The position numbers were made by a program, and so were the translations under genes. A stretch of 64,000 bases of DNA from positions 1,009 through 65,008 of the forward strand of contig CAWDKA010000014.1 of NCBI GenBank assembly GCA_963802845.1, given 5' to 3'. Below are positions 1 to 10,059 of the stretch, piece by piece. The notes under the pieces were generated by a model that did not search any database, had not been told where the DNA came from, and worked only from the letters and a program-made list of their open reading frames with translations. Each line of letters opens with the position of its first letter. Position 1 is the first letter of the stretch. Source of the stretch: an uncultured Alphaproteobacteria bacterium. Lineage in GTDB: Bacteria > Pseudomonadota > Alphaproteobacteria > Rhizobiales > Methyloligellaceae.

Positions 1-252
1 GCTGTCCGTCGCGCGCAGATAGAATTCGATAAAGGGGTTGGCCGAAATTGCCTCATGGAGATCGACACTGAACACCACTTCACCGCCATAGCGGCAAACA
101 AACCTGTTGATGATCTTGCGCGGTATGACTTGACCTTGACTATTGTGACGCAACCCCGTCTCCATCTGATGGCTGATAATGGTCTTGACCTTAATGACTT
201 CGCCTTTCGCCGCAGCGCTTGGTACGAGCACGCGTGGTGTCGAGGTGGTCAT
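1..252 (-). CDS. soxZ: SoxZ sulfur carrier subunit (runs off window edge)
   Basis: Manual translation from ATG at 252 with AAGGAGG RBS: MTTSTPRVLVPSAAAKGEVIKVKTIISHQMETGLRH...IPRKIINRFVC...ISANPFIEF. The HxMETG and SxNP motifs are SoxZ-typical, and it lies directly downstream of soxY. Confidence 0.9.
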   Translation of the reverse strand, partial: MTTSTPRVLVPSAAAKGEVIKVKTIISHQMETGLRHNSQGQVIPRKIINRFVCRYGGEVVFSVDLHEAISANPFIEFYLRATDS

Positions 253-273
253 TGTCAGCCTCCTTTGTGGCCC

Positions 274-726
274 TCAGATGCAGCCATTGGTAGCCACGTC
301 GACCCAGGTCTTGGTCATCAGCAACGTACCGTCGCTCATCTCGGCGACCGCCACGACATATTGTGGCTCGGCGAGGCGAATGCGCGTCGAAACGCGGGCG
401 ACGCTGCGCTGCGGGACAAAGTTGAAACTGGCGACTTGGAGAAGCGGGTTCTGCGGTGCGAACACGCGGATGCGCCTCACATGGTCGTCCTCGGTCATCG
501 GGCTCTCGATGTCGAGGTCCATGGGCACGGTATAGCCGGTCGGGAACACCGCCGGCATGACAAGGTGCAGACGGTCCGACACCGTAGGTGCCTGTCCGGT
601 CAGCCGCTCGACGAGCTGCACCGCTTCGTCTTGCGCGACCACGCTTCCGGGCCAGAAAAAGGTACTGGCGAGGGCGGTACCTCCAGCACAGCCGGCCACC
701 AACACATCGCGGCGTGTCAAGCTCAT
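274..726 (-). CDS. soxY: SoxY-family sulfur carrier protein with Tat signal
   Basis: Twin-arginine signal SLTRRDVL, core STRIRLAEPQYVVAVAEMSDG, C-terminal VDVATNGCI with Cys. Confidence 0.85.
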   Translation of the reverse strand: MSLTRRDVLVAGCAGGTALASTFFWPGSVVAQDEAVQLVERLTGQAPTVSDRLHLVMPAVFPTGYTVPMDLDIESPMTEDDHVRRIRVFAPQNPLLQVASFNFVPQRSVARVSTRIRLAEPQYVVAVAEMSDGTLLMTKTWVDVATNGCI

Positions 727-1283
727 GGTGCCCGGTCTCCCAGCCATACCTAAACAGAGCGTTTTACAATGCGCCGGCCCCCAACGGCATTCTGCAACGA
801 TCTGAGCGACGCTCGGCTGGTCTAACTTCGAGGTGTCTCAACTAGTCCATTCTATTCACGACAACTTCGAGACTACACGTCGGCCTTCGCCGAGTAAAAA
901 TTCAGCCGCCGGGCCTTGGTAAATCACTCTCGACAATTGGCCCGTTTCGCAGAAAGGTGCGCTTCGTGGGGCCGTGATTGTGGGACGTGATTGGTAGTGT
1001 GTTGACTGTACGCCAATGACGAACAGCTAATGGTCACGTCCGGCGCCGACAACTTGTCTCGTACATAATCATGGTGCCCGATCATGGTGCCCGCCCACAG
1101 TCGGCTGTTTTTTTTGCGCCGGCCGCTTTTGGGAACCTTGAGGCATTAAGTGTTGCTGGAGACCGTCTTCTTTTTCCTTGCTGCTGACTGACCGAGCGGA
1201 GAGGTCATAGCATCATAAGGGTTGTCCCTGCGCCGGGTTTTTGCTTAGTTCATTGCGCGGACAATGAAAGGGTTTCAGAGACG

Positions 1284-1721
1284 ATGCAGGAACCTCCGCC
1301 CCACGGAAACTCTGCCCTTCGCGATAGTATGGCCGCACGGCTCCGCCAAGCCGGGCTGCGGCCGACCCGGCAGCGGGTCGAGCTGGGCTGCATCCTCTTC
1401 GCCAAAGGGCATCGCCACATTACGGCGGAAGATTTGCACGCCGAGGCCGATGTCTCTGGCTTCCGCGTGTCGCTCGCGACGGTTTACAACACCTTGCATC
1501 AATTCACCGAATCCGGACTTCTGCGCGCGGTGGCGATCGACGCCAGCGCCACCTATTTCGACACCAATGCGAGCGATCACCATCACTTCTTCGTCGAAGG
1601 CGAGGGCCAGCTGATCGACCTCATCGGCGATGTCGGGATCGACCGATTGCCCGAGCCTCCGAAAGGCATGGAAGTCACCGCGGTAGAGCTAGTCGTGCGC
1701 GTGCGCCGCCGGCGCCGCTGA
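1284..1721 (+). CDS. irr: Fur-family iron response regulator (Irr)
   Basis: GLRPTRQR, SLATVYNTLHQF, YFDTNxxDHHHFF motifs typical of Irr. Confidence 0.88.
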   Translation: MQEPPPHGNSALRDSMAARLRQAGLRPTRQRVELGCILFAKGHRHITAEDLHAEADVSGFRVSLATVYNTLHQFTESGLLRAVAIDASATYFDTNASDHHHFFVEGEGQLIDLIGDVGIDRLPEPPKGMEVTAVELVVRVRRRRR

Positions 1722-1907
1722 TTCATTAGTTTACCGCCCACGCTGGCTACGGCGGCGGTGGTTCTGGTGCGAATGCTGCGCCGCATAAGGCAGGATGTCG
1801 CTTCCTCCGAACTGCTTTGTGGGAGCTCTGACCACTTCAATGCGCGCAGCCCCCATGATAAATTCAAATCGTATCTCCTTACACGAGCGTAAGCGCGTCT
1901 TATCGCT

Positions 1908-2798
1908 ATGGTGACCCTACGGCAGCTGCGTTATCTCGAGGCCCTGGCCGACACGCTGCATTTCGGACATGCAGCTGACGCTTGCGCCGTCACCCAGCCC
2001 GCGCTCAGCATGCAGATCAAGGAGCTGGAAGATGAGCTGCAAGTCAGCCTCATCGAGCGCCGGAAGTCGGGCATCGAACTGACCGATCAGGGCGAGGAGA
2101 TCGTCAGGCGCGGGCGCGCGATCCTTGCCTCGATGCGCGACCTCCTCGATTACGCCAAGCATCGGGAACGCGTGTTGAGCGGATCGCTCAAGCTTGGGGC
2201 CATCCCGTCAATCGCGCCCTATCTACTGCCGGTGGCGCTGCCCGAGCTGCAACGACGCTTCCCCGATCTTAACCTGCACCTCCGCGAGACCATCACCGAA
2301 ACCTTGATCCGGGAGCTGCTCAGCGGTGATCTCGATCTCATTCTCGTTGCCCTTCCGATCGAGGATCCTGAAATCGCGACCCTGCATCTTTTGGACGACA
2401 AATTCGTGCTCGCGGCGCGCGCCAGCAAACGCAAACGCGCTAAGGCCACCGATATGCTGGCGCACGAGCGGCTGCTATTGCTCGAGGAAGGCCATTGCCT
2501 GCGCGACCAGGCTTTGTCCTTTTGCCGTCTAGTGACCCCGGAGGCGCGCGAGACTTTCGGGGCAACGAGCCTTGCTACCATCGTGCAGATGGTCGCTCAC
2601 GGCTATGGCATTACGCTATTGCCTGAGATGTCGGTGGCGAGCGAGGTGCATCAGCGGAGCGATATCCGCCTGCTGCACTTTCCGGCGCCTGAACCAAAAC
2701 GCGAAATCGGGCTCGCCTGGCGCAAAACCTCGCCCCGCACGTCAGATTTTCACGCCTTGGCGGCGCTACTTAAAGACGTGACTCGGCGTCGCCACTGA
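1908..2798 (+). CDS. oxyR: LysR-family H2O2 sensor OxyR
   Basis: LysR HTH (VTQPALSMQI) and LLLEEGHCLRDQALSFC with the two redox cysteines. Confidence 0.9.
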   Translation: MVTLRQLRYLEALADTLHFGHAADACAVTQPALSMQIKELEDELQVSLIERRKSGIELTDQGEEIVRRGRAILASMRDLLDYAKHRERVLSGSLKLGAIPSIAPYLLPVALPELQRRFPDLNLHLRETITETLIRELLSGDLDLILVALPIEDPEIATLHLLDDKFVLAARASKRKRAKATDMLAHERLLLLEEGHCLRDQALSFCRLVTPEARETFGATSLATIVQMVAHGYGITLLPEMSVASEVHQRSDIRLLHFPAPEPKREIGLAWRKTSPRTSDFHALAALLKDVTRRRH

Positions 2799-2933
2799 TC
2801 GAGGCTCAACGGATGTGCTTGGGGCACATGCCAGGTGCAATAACTCGCCGTGGTCACCGCGGGGATGATGGCAGAGAGCAAAGAGGGTGAAAGCCGTCTC
2901 GCAACGCTTTCGGTGAGCCATGGAGAGAAGCGC

Positions 2934-3122
2934 ATGGCAAAGAAAAACAATGATGGGACGGCTTGGACACGTGAGGAAGTGAAAGCACTTCGGCAGCTTG
3001 CGAAGGAGAACACTCCGACGCGCGTTATTGGCATCAAGCTCGGTCGAAGCGGCGCATCCATCCAGGGCAAAGCCCATCGCGAGCGTATTTCGCTGAGACC
3101 ACCCCACGGCACTCGAAAGTAA
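2934..3122 (+). CDS. Small basic HTH-like protein (WTxEE...KENTPTRVIG family)
   Basis: ATG preceded by GGAG; MAKKNNDGTAWTREEVKALRQLAKENTPTRVIGIKLGRS resembles a GcrA/Myb-like helix-turn-helix. Confidence 0.7.
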   Translation: MAKKNNDGTAWTREEVKALRQLAKENTPTRVIGIKLGRSGASIQGKAHRERISLRPPHGTRK

Positions 3123-3437
3123 AATTTTGGCTGGCATCGGTTTCGGCTGGTCCCGCGCTTCTATCTGGAGGCTGCGGCAGAGAGCGTCACCAGGCGGGCC
3201 TATGAATGAACCTTTTCACGGCACTGAAAGTTAAGGCCGCGCCTCCTGGCGAACACCTTATGCCTCGCTTCTAGCCGCGCTGGACCGCCGAACAGATCCC
3301 GGCGGCTATGTCGTTAAGGATGCGACCCGTCTAAGGGAGTTTTTTCAAGGAACAAACCCCAAAGCCGCAGGAGTTTAAAGAGAGTGTGGAAGTTAGTCGG
3401 CCTTTAGCGTGCCTGTAGAGTAGCGGGTGCCGGATCA

Positions 3438-3502
3438 ATCCTCGCCGGGAAGGCCGACAATTGATCCAGATGATCCTCGCCGGAAAGGCCGACAATGATC
3501 CA
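3438..3502 (+). repeat. Imperfect tandem direct repeat (about 31 nt x2)
   Basis: atcctcgccgggaaggccgacaattgatcca followed by atcctcgccggaaaggccgacaatgatcca. Confidence 0.85.
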
Positions 3503-3521
3503 TGACGGAAGGGAGAGTAAC

Positions 3522-3797
3522 ATGCGAAATCCATTGAGCAGCCCACTTCGCTTGCTTCTTGTGGCCAGCCTTGTAGGGCTTCCACTTACTTTGGCTCTAG
3601 GCCATGAGGCGCATCATGCGGAATGTAGCGACACGGCCATAAACGCGGTGAAAGCTGACATTCAGGCCATGGAAGAGGGTGAGGCAAAGACGACGGCCAC
3701 GAAGGAAATGGAAGCGGCGCAGCAGATGTTGGCTAAGAATGACATGGAGGCGTGCAAGAGCCACATACACAGCGCCATGGAGGCTACGGAGAAATAG
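3522..3797 (+). CDS. Small secreted helical protein with His-rich N-terminus and 2 Cys
   Basis: Signal peptide then HEAHHAEC...ACKSHIH; stop codon abuts the next ATG. Confidence 0.65.
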   Translation: MRNPLSSPLRLLLVASLVGLPLTLALGHEAHHAECSDTAINAVKADIQAMEEGEAKTTATKEMEAAQQMLAKNDMEACKSHIHSAMEATEK

Positions 3798-4352
3798 ATG
3801 AGCGCCGGAGTGCGTTGGGCGCTAGTGGCAGGTGCGCTGTTACTCATAGGCGCCGCCGCGGTGGGGATTAATGCCGGCCTGTACAACATTGCGGCTGACG
3901 TGCCTCATACGCAACCGGTCTATTGGCTGCTTGAAACTGTACGGGACCGCTCGATCGCGGCCCGGGCACGCAATACCATCGTCCCTAATGATCTGGACGA
4001 CTCGTTCCGTATATCAAGGGGGGCGGGGCAATACGCGGATATGTGCAGCTTCTGCCATCTTGCGCCCGGCATGAAGCGGACGGAGATCAGTCGTGGCCTA
4101 TACCCACGCGCGCCGGAGCTTCGGCGCAAAAGTGATCTTACGCCTGCCGAACAGTTCTGGATCGTCAAGCACGGCGTGAAAATGACGGGCATGCCCGCCT
4201 GGGGCGTCACCCATGAAGACGAACTGCTTTGGGACGTGGTGGCCTTCGTTCGCAAGTTGCCTGAGCTAACACCCGAGCAATATGAAACCCTGGTGAAGAA
4301 CGCTCCGAAACACGAGGAACTAATGCAAAAAGCAAATGGGCGGCGACCATGA
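3798..4352 (+). CDS. Membrane-anchored monoheme cytochrome c
   Basis: N-terminal TM helix, CSFCH heme motif, GVKMTGMPAWG (distal Met). Confidence 0.88.
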   Translation: MSAGVRWALVAGALLLIGAAAVGINAGLYNIAADVPHTQPVYWLLETVRDRSIAARARNTIVPNDLDDSFRISRGAGQYADMCSFCHLAPGMKRTEISRGLYPRAPELRRKSDLTPAEQFWIVKHGVKMTGMPAWGVTHEDELLWDVVAFVRKLPELTPEQYETLVKNAPKHEELMQKANGRRP

Positions 4353-4457
4353 GCATAACGAGTAAACTTGGGAGCACACCCGCCCGAGGCGATTCAGTGC
4401 GGGAGAGCCCCTAACGGCGGACGTCGGGGCGACTCTCGGCAGCACCATTTTTAGAGG

Positions 4458-6752
4458 TTAATTGGCACGCTTTTGGATCCGGACTGGAATTGATTTAGCC
4501 GCAGGCACATGGCTGCGTTTAGCGTGGTGCCAAAGAGGCAGCAGCGGATTGCATTCCGGATAGTAACCCGCACAGTTCCCACGCGGGACGTCATAACGAG
4601 TTGCGCGGAAACCTACCACGAGACGCTCGACGCCGTCTCCGGCTTCGCCAACAAGGTCGACAATCTCTCCGTCGAGAATACCAAGCCGTCGCATATCGGC
4701 TTCATGCATAAGCAGAACTTTGCGCGTACCGGAGATTCCGCGCAAACGGTCCTCGTAACTGTAGATTGTGGTGTTGAACTGGTCGTTGCTGCGAACCGTG
4801 ATCAGCGTTAACACGTCTTCTCGTCGGCGCGGCAAATCTGGATCTTCGGAGAGGCACGTGGGCACAATGAAATTGGCTTTTCCGTTCTTTGTCTTCCATA
4901 TGCGCTCTCGCGCCGGAAGTGGCCTGTCAAATCCTTCTGGCGAAGCAATTCTCACGTTGAAATCGGCAAAGATGTCGGGATAGGTCTCGCTGATCGCATC
5001 GCGAACTATCGCGTAATTGTTGCTCCAGCTTTCCCAATCGACACGGTTGTTGTCCGCAAGGGTTGCTTTGGCCAGTCCAGCGACGATTTTTGGCTCGGAA
5101 CGTATGTTCGGTCCCGCAGGCTCGACTTGACCATGTGAGGCATGAAAGCGACCAGTGGTGTCCTCTACCGTGACAAATTGTTCGCCGCTGGCCTCGCGGT
5201 CGATCTCGATCCGTCCAAGGCAGGGCAATAAGAACGCCTCGCGACCGTGAACGACAGCGCTGCGATTAAGTTTGGTAAGGATTTGCACAGAAAGCGGGAT
5301 CTTGCGCCAAGCCTGCTCCATGGCGACGGTTTCAGGCACTGCGCGAATGAAATTACCCCCGAGACCGACAAAAGCGCTGACCGTACCGTCAAGAATGCCC
5401 ATGCACGTTTCCACAGTGTCGAGACCCTTTTCGCGGGGAGGCTCGAAGTCGTACTGTTCAGCAAGCCGATCGAGGGGTGCAAGTTCAGGCTTTTCGGTGA
5501 TGCCGACTGTCCGTTGGCCTTGAACATTGGAGTGACCGCGGACGGGAAAAATGCCTGCTCCAATCTTTCCGATATTGCCGCGCATGAGAAGTAAGTTGCT
5601 TAGCATCTGAATGGCCAGAACCCCCGAACGATGCTGGGTCATGCCCATACCGTAACAGGCGATCACGGCCCTGGAACGCGCATACACCTCCGCCGCTGCC
5701 TCGATCTCTTCGCGGCTTAAACCTGCGCAGCCTTCAATATCCGACCATTGGTAATTACGAACGGCCTGCTCAAAGGCGTTATATCCGCTCGTGTGCTCGT
5801 GTATGAAATCCACATCGATAAACCGCTCTGCTTGGTGCTTACTCCGTCCCGCGTCGTCGGCGGCAATCAGCGCCTTGCAAAGTCCTACGAGCGTGGCGAG
5901 ATCGCCCCCCGGATTTAGTTGGTGATATTGCGTACTAATCTGGGTCTCGGCCAACGTCAGCATCTGGGCGGGGGACTGAGGATTGGTGAAGCGCTCAAGT
6001 CCGCGCTCTTTCAGAGGGTTGAAAGTGATGATGGGTACCCCCCGTGCGCGCACCTCTTGCAGCTGGTGCAACATGCGCGGGCTATTCACACCCACATTTT
6101 GGCCGAAGAAAAACATGCAGTCGGTGTGATCAAAGTCATCAAGTTTGACCGTACCTACCGGCACGCCGATGGTTTCGGGCAGAGCTACCGATGTGCTCTC
6201 GTGGCACATGTTCGAGCTGTCCGGCAGATTGTTTGATCCGAACATTCGCGCAAGCAGCTGATACATGTAAGAGGCTTCCAGCGAAGCCCGCCCTGAGGTG
6301 TAGAACACTACCGAGGTTGCATCGAAGCTCTTGAGGGCAATTCCGATCTCTGCAAATGCTTCGGCCCACTCGATTGACCGGTACGTGTCGCTCGAACGGT
6401 CATAGCGCATCGGCTCGGTCAAACGGCCAACCTCTTCGAGATCGTGGTCAGACCAACTCTCGAGCTCAGTCACTTTATGAGCGGCGAAGAAGTCCGGTCC
6501 GCAGCGCTTTGCGGTGATCTCCCAGGCCGTAGCCTTGGCGCCGTTCTCGCAAAATTCAAAGGGCCGTGGATGCCCTGGTTTAGCGTAGGAGCAACTGACG
6601 CAAGCGTAGCCGTACGGCTTGTTTTGATGTAGCAGCGTGAGGGCACCTTGGACCGAAATACCCTCGCGGAGAAGAATTTCGCTGATAGCGCGCGCGGACC
6701 CCCAACCGCCAACAGGACCCCAATAAGGCTTGATGCTTTTGGGATTTGGCAT
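4458..6752 (-). CDS. ydeP: FdhF/YdeP-family molybdopterin oxidoreductase
   Basis: CVSC...FCENGAKA, YTSGRASLE, NLPDSSNMCHES, RGHSNVQG, TVRSNDQFNTTIY. Confidence 0.9.
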   Translation of the reverse strand: MPNPKSIKPYWGPVGGWGSARAISEILLREGISVQGALTLLHQNKPYGYACVSCSYAKPGHPRPFEFCENGAKATAWEITAKRCGPDFFAAHKVTELESWSDHDLEEVGRLTEPMRYDRSSDTYRSIEWAEAFAEIGIALKSFDATSVVFYTSGRASLEASYMYQLLARMFGSNNLPDSSNMCHESTSVALPETIGVPVGTVKLDDFDHTDCMFFFGQNVGVNSPRMLHQLQEVRARGVPIITFNPLKERGLERFTNPQSPAQMLTLAETQISTQYHQLNPGGDLATLVGLCKALIAADDAGRSKHQAERFIDVDFIHEHTSGYNAFEQAVRNYQWSDIEGCAGLSREEIEAAAEVYARSRAVIACYGMGMTQHRSGVLAIQMLSNLLLMRGNIGKIGAGIFPVRGHSNVQGQRTVGITEKPELAPLDRLAEQYDFEPPREKGLDTVETCMGILDGTVSAFVGLGGNFIRAVPETVAMEQAWRKIPLSVQILTKLNRSAVVHGREAFLLPCLGRIEIDREASGEQFVTVEDTTGRFHASHGQVEPAGPNIRSEPKIVAGLAKATLADNNRVDWESWSNNYAIVRDAISETYPDIFADFNVRIASPEGFDRPLPARERIWKTKNGKANFIVPTCLSEDPDLPRRREDVLTLITVRSNDQFNTTIYSYEDRLRGISGTRKVLLMHEADMRRLGILDGEIVDLVGEAGDGVERLVVGFRATRYDVPRGNCAGYYPECNPLLPLWHHAKRSHVPAAKSIPVRIQKRAN

Positions 6753-6782
6753 GGGTCAACTCTCAACCGGAAGAATGAACAT

Positions 6783-6807
6783 AACGAATGGAAATAATCA
6801 GCGTTCC
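6783..6807 (-). promoter_or_regulatory. sigma-EcfG (general stress response) promoter upstream of ydeP
   Basis: Minus strand GGAAC-N16-CGTT, 30 nt before the start codon. Confidence 0.7.
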
Positions 6808-7036
6808 TTGGCAATCTGTTAGAGGGCTGAAGTCCAGCAAAGGGCCCGGGCGGACGACCGTACGTGCAGCGGAGGCTTTCAGAGCCAGAGCGGGGGGCCA
6901 TGCGGCTAGAAGAAGCGCTCGACGCCATCGCAGATAGCTGCGAGAAATGCGCCAAGTCGGCTACCAGTGCGAAGTTATGACGCGCCGCAACAACTCGCGG
7001 CAATGCGAGGCACGCGGCCTGAAGCAACACAACACT

Positions 7037-7459
7037 ATGAGCGATGATCTGAAATTTCAGTTGCGCTTGACCTTGAGCGACGAATTCGCGCAAGTGGCGC
7101 GGAACGTTCCGGGACACCCGTCGATTTCTCCGCTGACGGATATATTGAACAGGCATGATGCTGTCATGAAATGCCAGTTCGATGCTTTCGCAGATTATGT
7201 CAGCGAGGCCGAAGCCAACGGCATCGAAAATTTTGATCTTTATGAATGGACGAAGAAAACTATCGACGACCCTGCCAAGAAGTCAAAATACGCCAAGTCT
7301 TTCGCGCTTTATGTCGGTGGCGACGAGGTCTATGAAAAGGTCAAAGCGGACGCGCTAGAGGCCGAGCTGAAGCCTCTAGTCGGGGGTCCCATCATCGCGA
7401 AGATGTTCAAATACGATACTGATCCCGCCCATAACCCACAGCCGCCGCGCCAAACATAG
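7037..7459 (+). CDS. Conserved hypothetical protein
   Basis: Protein-like composition (CQFDAFADYVSEAE...LYEWTKKTIDDPAKK...DTDPAHNPQPP). Confidence 0.75.
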   Translation: MSDDLKFQLRLTLSDEFAQVARNVPGHPSISPLTDILNRHDAVMKCQFDAFADYVSEAEANGIENFDLYEWTKKTIDDPAKKSKYAKSFALYVGGDEVYEKVKADALEAELKPLVGGPIIAKMFKYDTDPAHNPQPPRQT

Positions 7460-7780
7460 ACCATTCCTTAGCGTGGGCGATGGCGGGACCATACGGCATC
7501 ACCCTCATGTTCACCAGCTTGCGATGACTATCGCCTTGTCCTGCTCTAAATCCTAGCGGTGGAACAACCATTTGCGGGCATCACCCCGCGTAGAGCGTGA
7601 TGCGTTCGATCAGCTTGCGGACATCATCGCGCCTTGAGCCAACCCGGAGCCAGTCGGCCGCAGTAGCGGCCCGCATGCCGATATGATGGGTCCACCCCCA
7701 ATTTGTCGAAGGGCGTGGCCTCCCGCCTTGTGGACATAGCGTGATCGCGCGACACTATTCGGAACGGATTGGAGGTCGAA

Positions 7781-8020
7781 ATGACTGATGCCTCAGAGGT
7801 GACCGGGCGCGACAGCTACGTTATTGCCCAAGCACTTTATGAGTTCATTCGGCTTGAGCAATCGAAACCGATAGCTGAGCGACGCGGATCGGATGAGCGA
7901 GACGCAAAAGCGATCCTACATGCGCGGTTCGACGAGGAACTGGGGCGCCTAGTGCAGTCTGACGAAGCCGCTGGTCGTAAGCCTCCCGACTGTAAAAGGA
8001 GGGTAACGATAGGAGGCTGA
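7781..8020 (+). CDS. Small hypothetical protein, paralog of 13532..13771
   Basis: GGAGG RBS; shares IAQALYEFIRLEQSKP and ILHARFD...LVQSDEAAGR with the second copy. Confidence 0.75.
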   Translation: MTDASEVTGRDSYVIAQALYEFIRLEQSKPIAERRGSDERDAKAILHARFDEELGRLVQSDEAAGRKPPDCKRRVTIGG

Positions 8021-8183
8021 TCAAGGTCCTCTCCTACCCAAGGGCTGAAGATGCCCGAGCTGCGGCGCCCGGTGACAGCGCATGATGCTCCACCATTCAG
8101 ACGCGGACCTGGTCTTCGCGGCTCGCCCTGTGATCACTACCTCGGGACTGGCGCCAGCTTGAAAGCAAGGTGCACGCGCAAGA

Positions 8184-8304
8184 ATGTCCGCTCTGGGTCA
8201 GAAGCGGACATATTGGGCCGCACGATAAAGTGTCCGCTTTACCCCTTAGAGCAGACATTGCGCGGCGTGGGCATCGATGTCCGCTAAGTGCCATAAGCCG
8301 ACCT
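8184..8304 (+). repeat. Hairpin repeat cluster A (triplet)
   Basis: Three ATGTCCGCT-loop-AGCGGACAT-like units at about 8184, 8230 and 8277, with loops ctgggtcaga, ttaccccttag, aagtgccata. Confidence 0.9.
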
Positions 8305-8403
8305 GCCACGCCGGCGTTAACCTTGACTGCCTAGACCCTTGCGCTGACTTGCCCCGAGTAGCATGCTTTTGCGATCCAACCCAGTGATCAGTAGGAGAGT
8401 GCC

Positions 8404-8700
8404 ATGAGTAAAATACTGATTGCTACTATCGCTCTTGCCGCGATCGCTACCTTCAACCTTGTTCCGGAGCTGGCACAAGCTGGATCATGCTCGCGTGTGA
8501 TGATTGAAGCCCACGGCGCGACCCAGGGAATTGCCACCCGCAAAACAGACCGCAGACTGAACCGTTACGTTGCCCGCGATGTTAGTGGGGCGCGCATGGG
8601 ACATGCGTCCACTAGCTGCACGGGTTGGGGTGCGAAAAGCCTCCGTCCAACTTGTACGCGCTCGGCCATAGTCTGCGGCAAGATCGCCGAGGCAAGATAA
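8404..8700 (+). CDS. Small secreted Cys-containing protein
   Basis: AGGAG RBS, signal peptide ending AQA, four Cys. Confidence 0.7.
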   Translation: MSKILIATIALAAIATFNLVPELAQAGSCSRVMIEAHGATQGIATRKTDRRLNRYVARDVSGARMGHASTSCTGWGAKSLRPTCTRSAIVCGKIAEAR

Positions 8701-8769
8701 GCTCTAGCGCGGGCCGTCTTTGGAACATCAGGTCATCGCTTCCGTTTTCTCGACGGCCAGCCCGTACTA

Positions 8770-8839
8770 GACGTGCCATCCCTGGCGGTCGAGATCCTCG
8801 CAGGAAAAACTCGAGGGCTGGGTGGTAATCGATCTCTGA
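8770..8839 (+). pseudogene. 3' remnant of acuI/yhdH (copy of 14779..14847)
   Basis: gacgtgcc...atcctcgcaggaaaaactcgagg...atcgatctctga aligns with the end of the intact gene, with a 1-nt insertion. Confidence 0.8.
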
Positions 8840-8865
8840 CACCGATCAAACTGTCTCTCTCGCGA

Positions 8866-8939
8866 ATGTGCGAGTGGGGTCAGAACCGGCGATGGCGTCG
8901 GCAATCGACAGCGTCCGCTTCATGCCCGAGAGCGGACAT
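8866..8939 (+). repeat. Hairpin repeat cluster B (doublet)
   Basis: Degenerate GGGGTCA-loop unit, then cgtccgct-tcatgcccgag-agcggacat 46 nt later. Confidence 0.7.
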
Positions 8940-9212
8940 GAGAACCCCCCTGGCGCAGTCCAATTACACATTGCCGCGCTTTTAGGGAACGACCCTTCCC
9001 CGCAATGGTTATTCTTGCGAAGCACCCTTCTGCAGGGAAAATGCTTTGGGTCGAGGATTCCCAATGACGAACGTCAAAAAGCGTTCGGCCGCGCAAGCCG
9101 ACCTATTCTCCGGCGTCAAAAGGCTCAAAGAAATCGACCACCTAGGGAAGTGCTCGTGGCGACACAGACAAGAGGAAAAACTCAGCGCGATGATTATTGG
9201 AGGTGATGATCA

Positions 9213-9695
9213 TTGGAGGTAATGCAAATGGTTTCCGAGACATCACCTCCAGCCGTTGGACCCCGGACAGCAGGCATTTGGGAACCTCGCTCGGATCGGG
9301 GTCGGCGAGCGTCCTTGTCGGCCAAGCAAAAGATCCTGATTGTCGACGACGAGCTTTGGGCGGCGCTTGACATGGAGTGGGTGGTCCTGACGTTGGGCCA
9401 TGAGGTAATTGGCCCTGCGGCCACGGCACAAAAGGCAATCGAGCTCGCCGGGAGGGAACGGCCTAATCTCGTGCTAATGGACATTCGACTGGCAAACAAT
9501 AGCGACGGCGTTGCCGCCGCCATCGAGATAAGACGGCGCTTCGACATTCCAAGCCTGTTCGTCAGCGCCCATGGCGATCCGATAATGCGCAGTCGTGCAG
9601 AAGCGGCCCACCCCTTGGGCTTCATCGAGAAGCCATTCAGCCCCAAGTCACTGGCACTCGCCATTGAAGCGGCGCTCAATCCGGACGTATCTTGA
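9213..9695 (+). CDS. Single-domain response regulator receiver
   Basis: ILIVDDE, LVLMDIRL, FVSAH, FIEKPF; start uncertain. Confidence 0.85.
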   Translation: MEVMQMVSETSPPAVGPRTAGIWEPRSDRGRRASLSAKQKILIVDDELWAALDMEWVVLTLGHEVIGPAATAQKAIELAGRERPNLVLMDIRLANNSDGVAAAIEIRRRFDIPSLFVSAHGDPIMRSRAEAAHPLGFIEKPFSPKSLALAIEAALNPDVS

Positions 9696-10059
9696 CCTTC
9701 GTAAACGGTCTGCGACTCCCCGCTTGGCGCCCGTGATCTACGCCCGGGAGATCAGGGACGATGGGTCTGTCGCTGGCTGCACCGTGCTCGTGGTCGACGT
9801 TACTGAGGGAGGGGCGCCGGGCCTAACCAGCAGCGGGAGATGTCCACCGCTCCTGGCTACCCAAAATTCTAATGCTGGATATTGAACTTCCTGGGGCAGC
9901 CTATGCTGCACTCCGTGCCGCAGCGAAGCGGCTTCTACAAACTTATAGCAAGTTCGCGCGGTCTACACGTAAACCACCGTTGGTAGGTATCCCGAAGGAT
10001 CGGCATCAGTGGCTCATGGCCTCGCCTGAGCGAAACGAACCCCAATACTCGCGCTGTTG

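Noticed and set aside
1132-1154. sigma-EcfG promoter before irr
   Set aside because: GGAAC to TGTT spacing is 14 nt, shorter than the 16-17 nt consensus.
8184-8304. Hairpin triplets as a CRISPR array
   Set aside because: Only 2-3 units per cluster, spacers about 18 nt, loops differ by position, and no cas genes or leader.
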